Below, one piece after another: positions 37,479 through 51,373 of a DNA stretch of 64,000 nucleotides. The notes beneath the pieces were generated by a model that worked only from the letters and a program-made list of their open reading frames with translations, had not been told where the DNA came from and ran no database searches. The stretch spans positions 74,404,523 to 74,468,522 of the forward strand of contig NC_068990.1 in NCBI RefSeq assembly GCF_001194135.2, in the 5' to 3' direction. Numbering within the stretch: position 1 is the first letter of the stretch; every line of letters starts with the position of its first letter. A program made the position numbers and the translations under genes. The DNA comes from Octopus bimaculoides. Taxonomy: Eukaryota.

Positions 37479-38981
37479 ATACTTTAAATATATTTCCCAA
37501 TCACGAATAAAACTTTATGAAGTTTTATAGTTTACATTTTGTAAGTAAGCAAAATTAAAGAATCATTATAATTATTATAATGATAATTATGATCTTCAAA
37601 GGTAAAAGAAACAGTAAATCGAATAATTAAAATCGTCATAATTAAAAACAGCACATTTGAAACATTTAGAGAATTTGGAAAGTTTAAGCACGAATAATAG
37701 CTAGAGGCAATATCAATGCGATTAAATGCTTCACCATTTTGGGAAGTTTCAGTCTTTCCTAAACTGTTCATCATCCGATTAAATGGCAACAGGAGAAATT
37801 GATACCGTCCAATTGTGTACTGCCCAATATCGTTCAGATTATATATACTTAATGGTTTCCATTTCAAACGATGGAAGATTATCAGCTTGGCTATCAAAGA
37901 TGTTACGTGGGTTGTGCAGAAAAAAGCAACGGAAATATTTGTAATCTATTCAAACATAGGGCTTTTATTTAGTACGTTAACAGGTCAGGTCGTATCGTTA
38001 AGATATTCACCTCAAACGTTCCACGTTGGATAATGGTCTTCTACATCGCCTGCAGTTTACAAATGTTTACTGCATTCACACTGGTCGACTGAAACAACCA
38101 ACTCCCCTAAGTGTATATACTTACATACATACATATATACATACAAATTCGTACCGACATATAGATAGAAATAAGTAAATGTGGATGTACATCGATATAC
38201 ACATACATAAATACATACATACGTACGTGCGTTCGTAAGTGTTAGCGGTCGTGCGTGCGTGCGTGATTGTGTGTGTATGTGTGCATGTGTGTGTGTGCGC
38301 GAGAGAGAGAGAGAGAGACAGACAGAGAGAGACAGAGAGAGACAGAGAGAGTTTTGTGTACGGAGAGTTGACATGCGAAGCGGTGATGGGGAATAAATAA
38401 ATTTAAGACGAATTCAAATACGTCTGTGAGGTACTTGAACCCGGTAAAAGCTTTTCAGTGTAATTCATCACGGGAAAAAGTACCCTCACGTTAAACAAAA
38501 GGAGTTAGAACACATGATTTTGTTCCGGCTTGCCAGCCAACGTGTAAACAAGGATAAATCTTCACTTGCTAGTCAGTTCAGAGTTGACTCTCTTAGTATC
38601 TGCTGCTAAAGAGAAATAACGACTTCTAAAGGCATCTGGCGCTTAATTAGAGGACGTTTTATGTTGACTATCATGTTTTAACATTCGAAACTCCGAGTAA
38701 CAGCATAAAGCTGATGCTCATTGCATATACTCATAGACATATATATGCGTGTTTGTGTGTTTGTGTATCTATGTAAATATAAATACATATAGGTAAATGA
38801 TAGGGTTGCCTCAATCCTTCAGGGGTAGTCTGAAGCATCCAAGCAACCAGGGGATGTTTAAATCCGGAGGCACTCCTGGGGATCACCTGTACGGGTACCG
38901 TCTTGGGTAGAGGGCATCCAGAGGCAGGCTAACTAGCCCAACAGAATTGCTTCTTCCTGTATTTGTTGCTCCATTCTCCAC

Positions 38982-39024
<43 letters not shown>

Positions 39025-39029
39025 GGGAT

Positions 39030-39175
39030 GAGCCGTTTTAAGGATGCGTCCTGCCCGAGCTCTTCGAAACGCCGGTGTTAAAACGTGGGTAGCTGATGAA
39101 GTAGAATGTTCTCTATGTGGCTTGTGTGTTTTCTCGTCAACGTTTTGTTTGCAATGTCCTGTACCCAGATATGCA
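39030..39175 (+). repeat. Second copy of the 6191-6335 dispersed repeat
   Basis: Shared motifs and spacing (see the hammerhead finding). Confidence 0.55.
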
Positions 39176-39245
39176 CCTATACATACAGGTGGATGTCGGT
39201 ATGCACATACCTGTACGTATATATGCATATACTCATTTACTATTT

Positions 39246-39276
<31 letters not shown>

Positions 39277-40624
39277 AGATTATCTGTATGCACGCAGATA
39301 TGAGTGCATCTATATATGCACATATACACCCATGTCTACAATGTATGTCTATTCAATCAGACCATTTTTCTTGAGAATTATTATCACACGGCACCTAGTA
39401 GCTTTGTAAGCTGCTGTTGCTTTTTTTTTTTCATCAGTTTATCAGCTCACCCATAACTCTGCTCGTAAAACAATTTTTTATTAGTTGAAAGATAACTTGT
39501 AAAATTCATTTTGATTGGTTGACCGACATCTAATGCCATAAAAACTGTTTTTTATTGGTCAACATATAAAACCCATTTGCACCGGTTCATCAGAAATTTG
39601 GCTCATAAAGAACATTTTGTACTGGTTGACCGATAATTTTAAACATAAAAATTATTCTTTTACAGCTAAATTTTTTCCCTTCACGCCACATATTTTTGTA
39701 CTATTTTCGATATACTTTATCTTTAGTTTTTGTAAGAATTTCTTCGTACATGTATCAAACTGTATTCTGGGACGAATAGCCAAGACGAAGAAAAAGAAAC
39801 TGAAAAGAAAAATATATGTAGATAATAAAATGAAGTAGTTAAAGTCAAAATTTTTGTGTCTTTTATATTTCGATTTTTATTTATTATTTATTATTTTTAT
39901 TAATTTTTTTTTAATCTTTAACACCAATTTCAGTATCAATGAATACGGAACTTCCGTTATAAAACTTTTTCTCCCGTATCGTTCTGAATTTAAAGATTAT
40001 TTTAATTTCTCAATATTAAATAAAATATATCTAAATTTGTTTCATTAAACTGTTTACGGTGCCGTTATTTGATGCCTTATTACTATTATTATATGTTCGC
40101 TTATCTTATAATTACAGGCACACACACATGCACATATACACACATATATATGTATACATACATACACACACATATATGTGTATATATATATAACACACAC
40201 ACGTATATGTGTATATATATATATATATATATTACGGTTTGTTTGAGGTACACTACCTCTCAAACAATTTTTGGTGTCACTTATAAATTTATTATATTTC
40301 TGGGGACGTTTATTTATTTTTGTGGGTATGAGATTACTTTAAAGTAAATGAATCCTTTTGCATAATTCTTTTCTTTTTTTTGAATGTCTTAGAATATCTG
40401 ACGGTAGACTACAATTTAGTTATAGTTTGTTGCAGATGTAATTATTCCAGACGAATTTTATCAAACATATTCAGATATTCATTTCCTTCACGCTGCCATC
40501 ATTAACCAGAAACTATTTTCAGAATCATCATTATCATCGTAGTCGTCATCATTAACATGACCGCTGTCTTCGTCATCACCATTTCCATCATTCCGTGCCA
40601 TTATCATCCTCGTCGTCATCATCG

Positions 40625-40657
40625 TCATCAATGTCGTCGTCGTCGTCGTCGTCGTCG

Positions 40658-40727
<70 letters not shown>

Positions 40728-40730
40728 TAT
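40625..40730. repeat. (CGT)n-(CAT)n microsatellite
   Basis: Direct reading. Confidence 0.95.
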
Positions 40731-42384
40731 CATCAAAATTATGAGCAGTCCAGTGGATATGCTTTGCTATAACAATCAAAGTCTTCTTAAAATTAATTTA
40801 CCATATCAATAAAAGAAAGGAGAGCGGAGAAAGCTTGGCTCACGGAATCCAGCCAGATCAAGTAATTCTTACTGAGCAATGAGAATTTTCTGAACACTGA
40901 GTCAGTTACTGTCACACATGTTTGAATTTCCGTATGATCAATTGAACTATAACTAATATACGTATATATGTGTGTGTATGTGTGTGTATGCATGTATGTC
41001 ATTGTATATGTATGTAACTTTTTGTGTCTGAGCATGTCCCCCACCACACTGCTTGACAACCGGTGTTGGCTTGTTTACGTCCCCTTAACGAAACAGTTCA
41101 GCAAAAAAGAGACCGGTAGAGTTAGTAGCAGACTTCTTTCACTTTCAGTTTCCTACTGAAGACGATTTGTTCGACTACAACCTTCAATATAGTGCCATAG
41201 CATGTACGCAATCCAATGAATGAATCAAATAAATGATTAAAAGAAAACAGATAAGAGACATATGTCTAAACATGAGATGGTATGGTGTTGAATGGAATAT
41301 TTTATTGTTGGTTTGCTTGACCAGAAGTGACCTGTAGCTAAATATCATCGCTATCATCATCAACCATAACATCAGGTGCATCATCTCCTAAATAGCAGTT
41401 TGATCATTTGCTATGCCCCACAGTGTAATAGTCTAATTGAATGCGCTGAATATCAAACCCTTTTTAATCCCTTCACTTTCCATCTTCATTTCACTCGTTT
41501 TTTTCTTTAAGTCATTCTCTTTTATCCTTTATTCAAGAGGTGAAGGGATTTCAGTTGACACTTTGTAATGCCTCTGAGACAAATGGCCAAGAGGAAGAAA
41601 ATTATTCACAAACTGGTGACGTGGACCGAATATTTGCAACAGAGTAGACTGAACTAAAGTTATTCAAGCTTGCAGAAGGTGGTGTAAAACTGAGTGAGTG
41701 ATTAAGTACACCACCCAATGTTGGGATTCGAACTAAAAAAGCAAACGGTCGGAACGAATATTAAATGCTATCTGATCCGATGTTTTTTCAGCTCCACTAA
41801 TCCACCGCCCAGAATAGATTGTTCAATAATATATTGAACCCAAAAGAGAAAAGGTACAGTTGGTCTTGGTGGAATTTGAATTCAGAACGCAGAGATTCAA
41901 AACCATCACTACGAGTCTATCTATTCGCCAATCTAGCGATTGTGCCAATTATCTGCCTACTAAAGAAGGCATTTCGTACATAAATCTCCTTCTATAAAAC
42001 ATCTTGTTTTGAACAAGTATTCTACTTATTATTTGGTTAGTTGAGTATCTGAATCAAATGGAGTATATATTATAACCTAAAGATACAATAGTTAAATCAC
42101 GATTTATTGAATGTTTTTTTCATACATGCATTTTATAAACAATAACTCTTTTGTTTGTTTCTAACAGACCAATCAGTGGTTTTCTACAATTCTCTCGACT
42201 CTTCTCTCATTCAAACACATTATTTTAGATATCACTCTAAAACTTTAAGACCCATTATTTTACTTACTATTCTCACACTTTTCACAAATCTAATTACATA
42301 TTTCTTGTTTAATTAATTTTCGAGAATTGATGCACGTGATTCCAACAATATCAACTTCTTAGTGCCTGCCCGTTATATTGATTT

Positions 42385-42775
42385 CTAAATTTTGGCAAAA
42401 GCCAATAATTTCAAGGGGGAGTAAAAATTGATTACATCGACCTCAATGCTAAACTGGTACTTATTTTATCGACTTCGAAAGGATGAAATACAATGTCGAC
42501 CTCTGTGGAATTTGAACTCCGAACGTAAAGACGGACAAAATGCCGCTAAGAATTTCACCCAGTGTGCTAACGATTCTGCCACCTCACTGGCTAGCCGACA
42601 GAATCGTTAGCATTGCGTCTTTTTTCACGTTCTGAGTTCAAATTCCGCCGAGGTCGACTATGCTTTCCACCGCTCTGAGGTCGATAAAATAAGTCCCCGT
42701 TAAGTACTGGGGTCAATGTTATTGACTTACGACCACCCCGAAATTGCTGGTCATGTGCCAACATTTGAAATCAAT
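42385..42775. mobile_element. Head-to-head inverted pair of SINE family B copies (- 42385-42585; + 42595-42775)
   Basis: Both match the family-B body; the heads are joined by a 20-nt spacer. Confidence 0.85.
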
Positions 42776-43205
42776 ATGATTACATTCTTAAATAAGACAT
42801 TTAATAATTCATTGGGGACGAAATAAATTCTCCTGGCTGAGTATACCCTACCTAAGCTTGTTCCATTATCCATTGCCTCTTTCTTTTCATGCTTACTTTT
42901 ATCTGTTTTTATACGCATGTTTTTTGTCTTACTTATTCCAATAATTTTGTATCCACTACTTTAAGAGTAACTACATTTGATGCTCCTGACAGAATGTAAA
43001 TGCGATGTAAACGTATTTACGTTTATTCAGACATACAACAGAACAAGAACTATATTGTCGATTAAGTGAAAAATAGAGTTACTACCAGGTTTTGTATGCA
43101 TATACATATACAAGCATATACACACACACCCGCACGCACACACATATGCATACTAAGTAACATATATACATGTATATATATATATATATACATATAAATA
43201 CACAC

Positions 43206-43236
<31 letters not shown>

Positions 43237-46200
43237 NNNNNNNNNNNNNNNNNNNNNNNNNNNNNNNNNNNNNNNNNNNNNNNNNNNNNNNNNNNNNNNN
43301 NNNNNNNNNNNNNNNNNNNNNNNNNNNNNNNNNNNNNNNNNNNNNNNNNNNNNNNNNNNNNNNNNNNNNNNNNNNNNNNNNNNNNNNNNNNNNNNNNNNN
43401 NNNNNNNNNNNNNNNNNNNNNNNNNNNNNNNNNNNNNNNNNNNNNNNNNNNNNNNNNNNNNNNNNNNNNNNNNNNNNNNNNNNNNNNNNNNNNNNNNTAT
43501 TATTACACGTACATGCTTATATATATATATATAAATATATATATAGATAGATAGATAGATAGATAGATCACACATACATGTATATATGTACACACATACA
43601 TATAAATACATGTGTATGCGTGCATGCGTGCGTAAGTGTGTGTATGAGAGTGTTTGTGTGTTCTGATATTAACATGAAGCAGTACTCATCAAGGATTTAA
43701 TTGACAAATATTATTATAAATGCACTTTAATCATCTTACATTCAAACAAACCGGACCACATGTGTGTTCTGAATAACAGCCATATTTTAATTTCTTTTGA
43801 AAGCACTGAATACAAACTTCCTGAAGCTATACAATGATCGGAAATGTTTATATAAGTACATTTATGATAATGTCTCAAACAAATACTTTATTGATGAAAT
43901 CTACGTACTATTGTTTTCAAAATATTTAAATTACCGTTGTATATACTTATTTAACCAAACTCAGCATTCGATTCTGTTGTTTGATAGCAATTTCAATCAA
44001 TAATTATTTCTTAAATATTATTAGTATAGAAAATTTAGTAGTACGTAAACAACTTCAAGTAAATTTTGGCAAAATAGGTAGTGAAAGAAACTATCAGTCA
44101 CTGAATATAAATGGTTTAAATATTCCGTAAGATAGTGCACTAAAATTATGTGAAATTCTTTCTGACGCTGTCTGCGATAGCAACATGAATTTGGTTTCCT
44201 TCAAATATGCAGAATTTTGCCAAATATTTTATTAACCTGCCAACAGAGGAGTATAATGAAACAATTCTGATTTGTATTATCAAATCGGTTAATAATTTTA
44301 AAACAAAACAACAGATATAGCCGCTCCTACAGAATCGGATATTTGCAAGATTTACAATAAAGAAATGCACACACACACACACACACACGCACACACACAC
44401 ACACACGCACACACACACATATATANNNNNNNNNNNNNNNNNNNNNNNNNNNNNNNNNNNNNNNNNNNNNNNNNNNNNNNNNNNNNNNNNNNNNNNNNNN
44501 NNNNNNNNNNNNNNNNNNNNNNNNNNNNNNNNNNNNNNNNNNNNNNNNNNNNNNNNNNNNNNNNNNNNNNNNNNNNNNNNNNNNNNNNNNNNNNNNNNNN
44601 NNNNNNNNNNNNNNNNNNNNNNNNNNNNNNNNNNNNNNNNNNNNNNNNNNNNNNNNNNNNNNNNNNNNNNNNNNNNNNNNNNNNNNNNNNNNNNNNNNNN
44701 NNNNNNNNNNNNNNNNNNNNNNNNNNNNNNNNNNNNNNNNNNNNNNNNNNNNNNNNNNNNNNNNNNNNNNNNNNNNNNNNNNNNNNNNNNNNNNNNNNNN
44801 NNNNNNNNNNNNNNNNNNNNNNNNNNNNNNNNNNNNNNNNNNNNNNNNNNNNNNNNNNNNNNNNNNNNNNNNNNNNNNNNNNNNNNNNNNNNNNNNNNNN
44901 NNNNNNNNNNNNNNNNNNNNNNNNNNNNNNNNNNNNNNNNNNATGTGTTTAGAGTAGAAAAGAATATCTTACATCGCAGGTGTAGAATGCACCTCCTCTG
45001 GTGATTGTTACACATAATAAAACTGAGTGGAATGATGATTATGTATAGCAAGTAACATTTTAAACAGTCACCTGAAGAGGTAGATTCTACACTTGGGATG
45101 TAAGATAATAAATGTACAATTGCAAAACATCTCACCCATGAACTACAGTTGAGAGAGTGCGTCGAAATCATTGTCGTGATTTTGAATAAGGAATCTCGTT
45201 AATTCCATTTTTTTTGTCGTTTATCACTTTATATAAACGAATACTATGGAATTCCTGCAGTAAATGTAGGAGCATGTGTATTTATGCTGTATGATGACAT
45301 CAGGTAGCTAATAACTGTGGACTAGCTTTGCACAACATTCTACAAGATATTTTTCTCGAATATCACTTAGCTATCTTTATATATACTGATGAATATATAC
45401 ACATGTGTATGTATAACGAGGGAGAAACAAAAAAATGAATGAAAGAAATAAGGAAAGAAAGAAGGAAAGAAAGAAAGAAAGATAGACAGAAAAAGAAATG
45501 GAGCGAAGGAAGGAAAGAAAGAACGATAGAAGGAAAGAAAGAAAGGTAGAGAGTATTACTTTTGAATATAAAATAACCTTTGTTATTTTTTCCACCCCGG
45601 TTATACAGAGTGTATTTCGTCGTTCTCACCCCAGGAATACTTGTAAACAATAACCCGCCTCTACAGTTGGAAGCCTCTAAGCAATGAAGCTTGTTTACTA
45701 AATACTGTATAAATTTTACGTAGAAAAATAAATATAAATTCATTACGTAGAAAAATAAATATAAATAAATATAAATTTTAAATACAATTCCGTTCAGTAT
45801 AACTTTAGCCTTGTACCTCTGGAAGAAATCGCTATTACAACTGTAATATATTTTGAGAAAACAAGTTTTTTCTTACATTTTCTTTTTTTTTTAATTAGAT
45901 AGAAAAAAATGAAAATTATTTGTCTGCAATGTAATTTTTGAAAACAAATATATAAACTTATTTTATGTTTAATTGGAAACGTTCTATTTTGCTTCTGCTT
46001 TTAAGAAGTTAATTGGAGAATATACAAGTTTGAACGTTTCAGTTTTAATCATGTTTTGTGTTTGAGAATTTCATCATAATCTATCTTTATCAGAATTTTT
46101 ATCCTCATCAGTTGCTGTCGACGCGAGCAGGATAAATATGATGACGATGGAGAGAAGGATTATGATCAGAACCACGATCATAAATATAAGGATGATAATT

Positions 46201-48781
46201 ATGATGTTGCTGTTGATGTTAAGAATGGTGGTAATAATAGTGATGGTGGTGATGATTATGAGGCGGAGGAGGTAGTGGAGAAGGAGAAGAGGATCTTCAT
46301 TCTGAACGTTTGTGATGTTAATCATTGTAATTATTAGAAAGCTACCGAGAAGTAGCTTGTCAAAATGTGTGAGATGTGTCCGTAATTCGCAAAGAATATT
46401 TTTCGCTGCTGCCTTCTCCGCTGCTGCCTCCTCCGCTGCACCTAACCACATACTCACTCGTTTCACATGATTATCAGTGATATCGTATCATTAAGAGTCC
46501 TAACTAGTTATTCTAGAAGAGCGAAACAAAATATATGAGAGTTAGCTCATAGGTTTTACTGAGGTATATAGATTTATTTTGCAAGACAATAACAACGGAA
46601 ACGACCGAAGGAGCCGGTACTGATCATAAAACACGGTGTTCTAACATAGCAACGTGTTTGTTCAGTTTATAATCGGTTTTGATTTAATTCTCTTTATGAG
46701 TAAAGGAATGCAAGTAGAAGTGAAAAGGTGCAAGTGTGAAATGGGATAGCAATGAATCATCAATGATGAGCTCGTTGTATTTGTCTATATAAGCAGCAAA
46801 TTTATCTAATAATATAATTTCAACTTTATCTCTTACTGACAAACATTACAAGTTTGACCAAGCATCAAATGAATATGGTTTCAACGATAATTCCATGAAG
46901 TGGTCTAATCAACTATTTGGCTCTGAATAGAGTTTTAGTGATTGGCAAACAGAGAGCGTATATGGATTAGCTGGTTCTTTATTAGGGACACAATCTGCTC
47001 CAGGTGACCATTATGGAAATAAGTCTATCATCTTAGAGACTTAACATATACTAGATTTAAACTCATCTGTTTGCTTGCTGCACTGCACGTCTTAGAACAG
47101 CTTGTTTGATACAGCAGAGCGATATAGCAGAATCAATTTCAGTTCAGCTATGATGTTATCAACAATCTGTGTAGTTAACCAGTCAAGCAAGTAATATAGT
47201 AAAAGTCATCTGATACATTTGTCTCACTGATAGAAATTTACGTTAGTCGAGTAAATTCAATATGGAGTTTAAAATGGAAAGTGGTTGCTAGATTGGTTAA
47301 TTGATTGGTCTGTACACGCATGTGTTTACTGTATCTATGTGTGTGTGCCTATGTGTATGCGCGTGTGTGCGCGTTTGTGTCTATGTGTGTGTGTGTTTGT
47401 GTGTGGGTGTGTGTCCGGCGCGCGTGTGTATATGTGCGTGGTGTGTGTGTGTATATATAACATGGTGTGGTAACTAAATTGCATGTGTCTCTAGATTATG
47501 TGGTAGAAACGTATAAGACTATTGAATTATTGACAGACATGAATTGCAGTTACTTGGTATGTTATGTAACAATCCGAGGGTCCTCAGTTCGCATGGTGTC
47601 TCTGACATTTATGCTGTACCTAAGAATAAGAACCTTTTTTTTTAATACCTTAATTTTAGTCAACATTTTTATGGCTTAGCCAGATGAGAAAGGAAAGCAA
47701 TCATGATCCTTTTCAGGGCCTCCAGATCTGGTGAAGAGAAAGGAATGTAATACCTGGACTCCATAGTTACTGACGTAGCGAATCGGAAACCAGGTTCGAA
47801 CACTTGTATATTGAGTGAACTTAGCTTACATGCTCCTATGAACCAGTTACTGATATTAGGCAGAGCGATGAATTAAGTTTTCTACCCAATACCAGTTAGA
47901 GTCTATTCGGAAGTCCTCTGCATAGATTCCGTTTTCTTAATTTCTTTTACATAAAAGAGATTTTCCCAAGGTGCAGGTTCAACAGAATCGGCCCCGGAAC
48001 TACCTGTGTGTGAAGCGAAATTTTTAGTAGTCGATCACAAAATCTCTGAAGACACCAGACAACGAAATAAAGGATTTGTGCAAAAGGGTAGAACCTTGCA
48101 AAGTAAATACTCCGAATTACATCCAGCAACGTATAACACGGGCTCAAGGAGTAGACACAGATATGAGTTCTGGAGACTTGTCTGTCAGAACCAAATGAAC
48201 TGATGGCTGCATCGCAGGTGGGAAGCTTAATAAAAGTAATGGAACAGCACGCCACTGTGCTAAGTACCAATACTATAAATATTACGAAAGCTATGACGGC
48301 TTGAAGTTGTGAATATTGACATTCCTGTAGATTAGACCAAGACATGCACTTGACCTGCTAGAAGTAGCAGCAAAATTCGCTACAAAATCACACTGTACTG
48401 TTTCTAAACAAGTGAAAGATATATTAGTTAAAGCACTCAGTCGTGCTGATTAATAGGCCTAACTCTCACTAAATAACATCAAAGCACCTACCATCTTTTC
48501 CACCACCACTTCTGAGCTGACTAACGTAGCTGGTAGTTTGATAATAAATTTAGATTTTTTATAATGCTTTCAAGAAACTAAAACAAGTCATTTCATTAGA
48601 GCGTCGATTATAATATTCTGGGCTATGCGGCGCATAGTTCTTTGCGTTCAAAGTTCAATTACCACAGAGGTAAACAACGCCTTTCATAATTTTGGGATCG
48701 ATTATCACTACTGGGGGATAATACGTGCGTATATTTACTACTGGTCTGTTTACACATTTATTTATTAATTTATTATGTGGC

Positions 48782-48960
48782 AAAGGCGATGAGCTGCCAG
48801 AATTGTTAGCATGCCGGGCAAAAGTCTTAGTGGTATTTATGTTCTGAGTTCAAATGCCACCGCGGTCGATTTTGCTTGTCATCTTTTCGGGGTAGATAAA
48901 GTAAGTACCAGTTGAACACTGGTACGGATGTAATCAACTTATCCCCTCCCACAAAACTAC
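48782..48960 (+). mobile_element. SINE family B copy
   Basis: aaaggcgatgagctgccagaattgttagcatgccgggc..gttctgagttcaaatgcc..tcatcttttcggggtagataaagtaagtaccag. Confidence 0.85.
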
Positions 48961-49104
48961 TGGAACCAATGTTATATGTAGGAATTAATTTGCTCAAACG
49001 ACTGACTTTTGGTTGCCTTATCTGTTAGAGATTCTACCACCATTAAATATTTGTTACTAAAGTACTGAGACCACTGACTTCGATGCGATTTGTAAATTTC
49101 ATTT

Positions 49105-49335
49105 AATCATTGGGAATATTTGACGAAGTGATGCATAGTTCATCTTCGACTGATAATAGGAGTTGTTACTTCTTCGTGAACTTCACTAATGATGAGAAAG
49201 CCAGCTTGCATAAATATGTGGCATCTTCAATCTCTATATATTTCCTTTGTATCGATATCCAGAAAGAGTCAATCGATAGATCTACAAATTTCAATTTCAA
49301 TTAGATGTCGCAGAGGTTAATAAGTTAATCATTCG
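49105..49335 (-). pseudogene. hAT transposase C-terminal (dimerization region) remnant, Buster/Charlie-like
   Basis: Manual translation LINLCDI*LKLKFVDLSIDSFWISIQRKYIEIEDATYLCKLAFSSLVKFTKK*QLLLSVEDELCITSSNIP resembles the hAT pattern LK.KF...L..FW.....EYP....F..TYLCE..FS.L...K.K.R..L.VE..LR..LS. Confidence 0.7.
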
Positions 49336-50258
49336 GTCTGCAGTACAGAGATTAGTGCTGCCGTGAGGAACCACAGAATGCCATTGATACACGTTGAAGA
49401 TTACTAACAGAAACAGAAGGAAATAGCGAACCAGGTGAGTTATAGTCAAACACTGGTGTTTTGTAATGCTTCTACATCATTAACTGCATTGGTATTGCAA
49501 AAACAGGGAAGTATACAGAAGTGTTCTCTCAAAATGAGTATGTTCAAAGACATCAGCTTTCTAGAGAAGGCATACGAGTATATCCTTTTGGAGTCAATAA
49601 AATATGGTACCTGTCGAGCACTGACGACGATCAATACATCATCATTTCGCAAATGTGACCGAACTGCAAATAAGAGAGATTGTGTTGACGACTTCCAAAT
49701 TTCTCTTTCATAGTAGTCGACTTTGATAGCTGCGCGTTGGCGCCATTGACTTGGCTCTTAGTATTGTTTTTAACGACAAACTCGACTGTAATTGTATATT
49801 AATTATATATTAATTTAAATCAGCAGAAATATAAGTTTGTAATTCAGAAAGATGATTAATATTTTGGCGTTATTAGAAACAAGGTAATAAAAAACAGAAT
49901 TTCATTTATTGGCTTTATGTCTGTCATATCCTTAGACTTAAAAGAGAATAATTAATTCGAGACAATAAAATTAAATAAATCTAAGGAGAAAAGCTCACTC
50001 AATGTTTACAATTCCAGTCCAAAATATGAAAACTAAAGAGCAAAATATCCAAAGTCTGCCACTCTTATTATTTTATTCATCTCAAATCATATTGAACAAT
50101 CTATAGCTAGGTACATGTGATCGTATTCAATACATGCACTTTAGAGTTACTCATTTTCGTAGCACAAACATATGGCAATAAACATTACTATTTCAATTCG
50201 ATAGAGTGCTTATATGCCTGTATACATGTATGTATGTATGCTTGAGTGTATGTATGTA

Positions 50259-50745
50259 TTTTACTTTTTACTTGTTTACTTGGTTCAGTCATTAGAGTGT
50301 GGCCATACTGGGACACAGTCTTGCAAGGTTTTAGTCGAACAAATCGACCCTAGTAGTTATTTTTTAAAAGACTCTATTGGTTGCATCTGCCGAACCGCCA
50401 ATACGGAAACGTAAACAAACCAACAATGGTCGTCAAGCGAGAAGGACACTGACACAAGCATTCACATATACTTACGCACATACACTCACACACACACTCA
50501 CACACACACACGCGCACACGCACGCACACACACGCACACACACACACACACTAACATATAATATATAAACACACGCACTTATGTATATGACGAGGTTCTT
50601 TGAGTTTCCGTTTCCACTCACAAGATTTGATCACTCCCTGGGCTATAATAAAAGAGACTTCTTCAAAACATCACTCAGTGGGACTAAACCCTAAACCAGG
50701 TGGTTAGGAAGCAAACCTTTTACCACAGAACCATGCCTCCGCTTA
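50259..50745 (-). mobile_element. Degenerate full-length SINE family A copy
   Basis: Both halves and the internal (CA)n are present and colinear with 16116-16534. Confidence 0.8.
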
Positions 50746-51295
50746 TATATGAATATATTATCATTTATATTGATTCTAAGAGGTGAGAGGTTAGAACGTG
50801 ATTACACACATTAAGCAAGTATTATTGTAATGTATTTTACCATCTCTACTGCCTCCGTTCACAATTTGCATAGGCTAATAGGTATAGAATGTGCAACATA
50901 GAAATTATATATTGCATAACTGAAATGTTATATAGTACCAGAGTTACTAATTAGCATGCAAAGTTAGAGACGACGTCTTTTTATTTACAAAATGGCACCT
51001 TCACTAACTTGGTGATTCAAATTTTATTGGTGAAGTTGCTTAAGTAAGACGAATTGCTTTGGTGTAAATCTTGTACAAATTTTACTGAAGTCAAGTCTAT
51101 TGTAGATGATTCATATACAGAACTATAAGTACTTTGTAAGTGGGTGTCCGCTTAAACAACAGTAATCACTTGTCTGTTCAACGGGACCATCTCACGAACT
51201 TGTTCAGTATTGTCATCATTATACAATATGGAAGTATGCCAGTTCAATCATGTGTGTCCAATCATTTTTTTGTTGGGTGGGAGGTAATTTTTCAG

Positions 51296-51373
51296 TCCAT
51301 TCATACACATTCAATAATGGAAAAACATTATTTCAGCATTGTTCTGAACGCCGTCGCTGCATTCTGGACCCAG
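51296..51373 (+). CDS. Candidate coding exon (SIHTHSIMEKHYFSIVLNAVAAFWTQ); alternative acceptor at 51337
   Basis: Acceptor taatttttcag|, donor cag|gtacat, phase 0-0, inside the 83-codon ORF at 51140-51391. Confidence 0.3.

Noticed and set aside
46074-46466. 130-aa - strand ORF (AAEEAAAEKAAAK...)
   Set aside because: Most of its length is decayed trinucleotide repeat, and the unique part has no motif or solid splice borders.
49343-49434. Donor cag|gtgagt at 49435, and a possible - strand mini-exon near 49612-49664
   Set aside because: The + frames are closed, the site adjoins a hAT relic, and there is no supporting neighbour for the - strand candidate.
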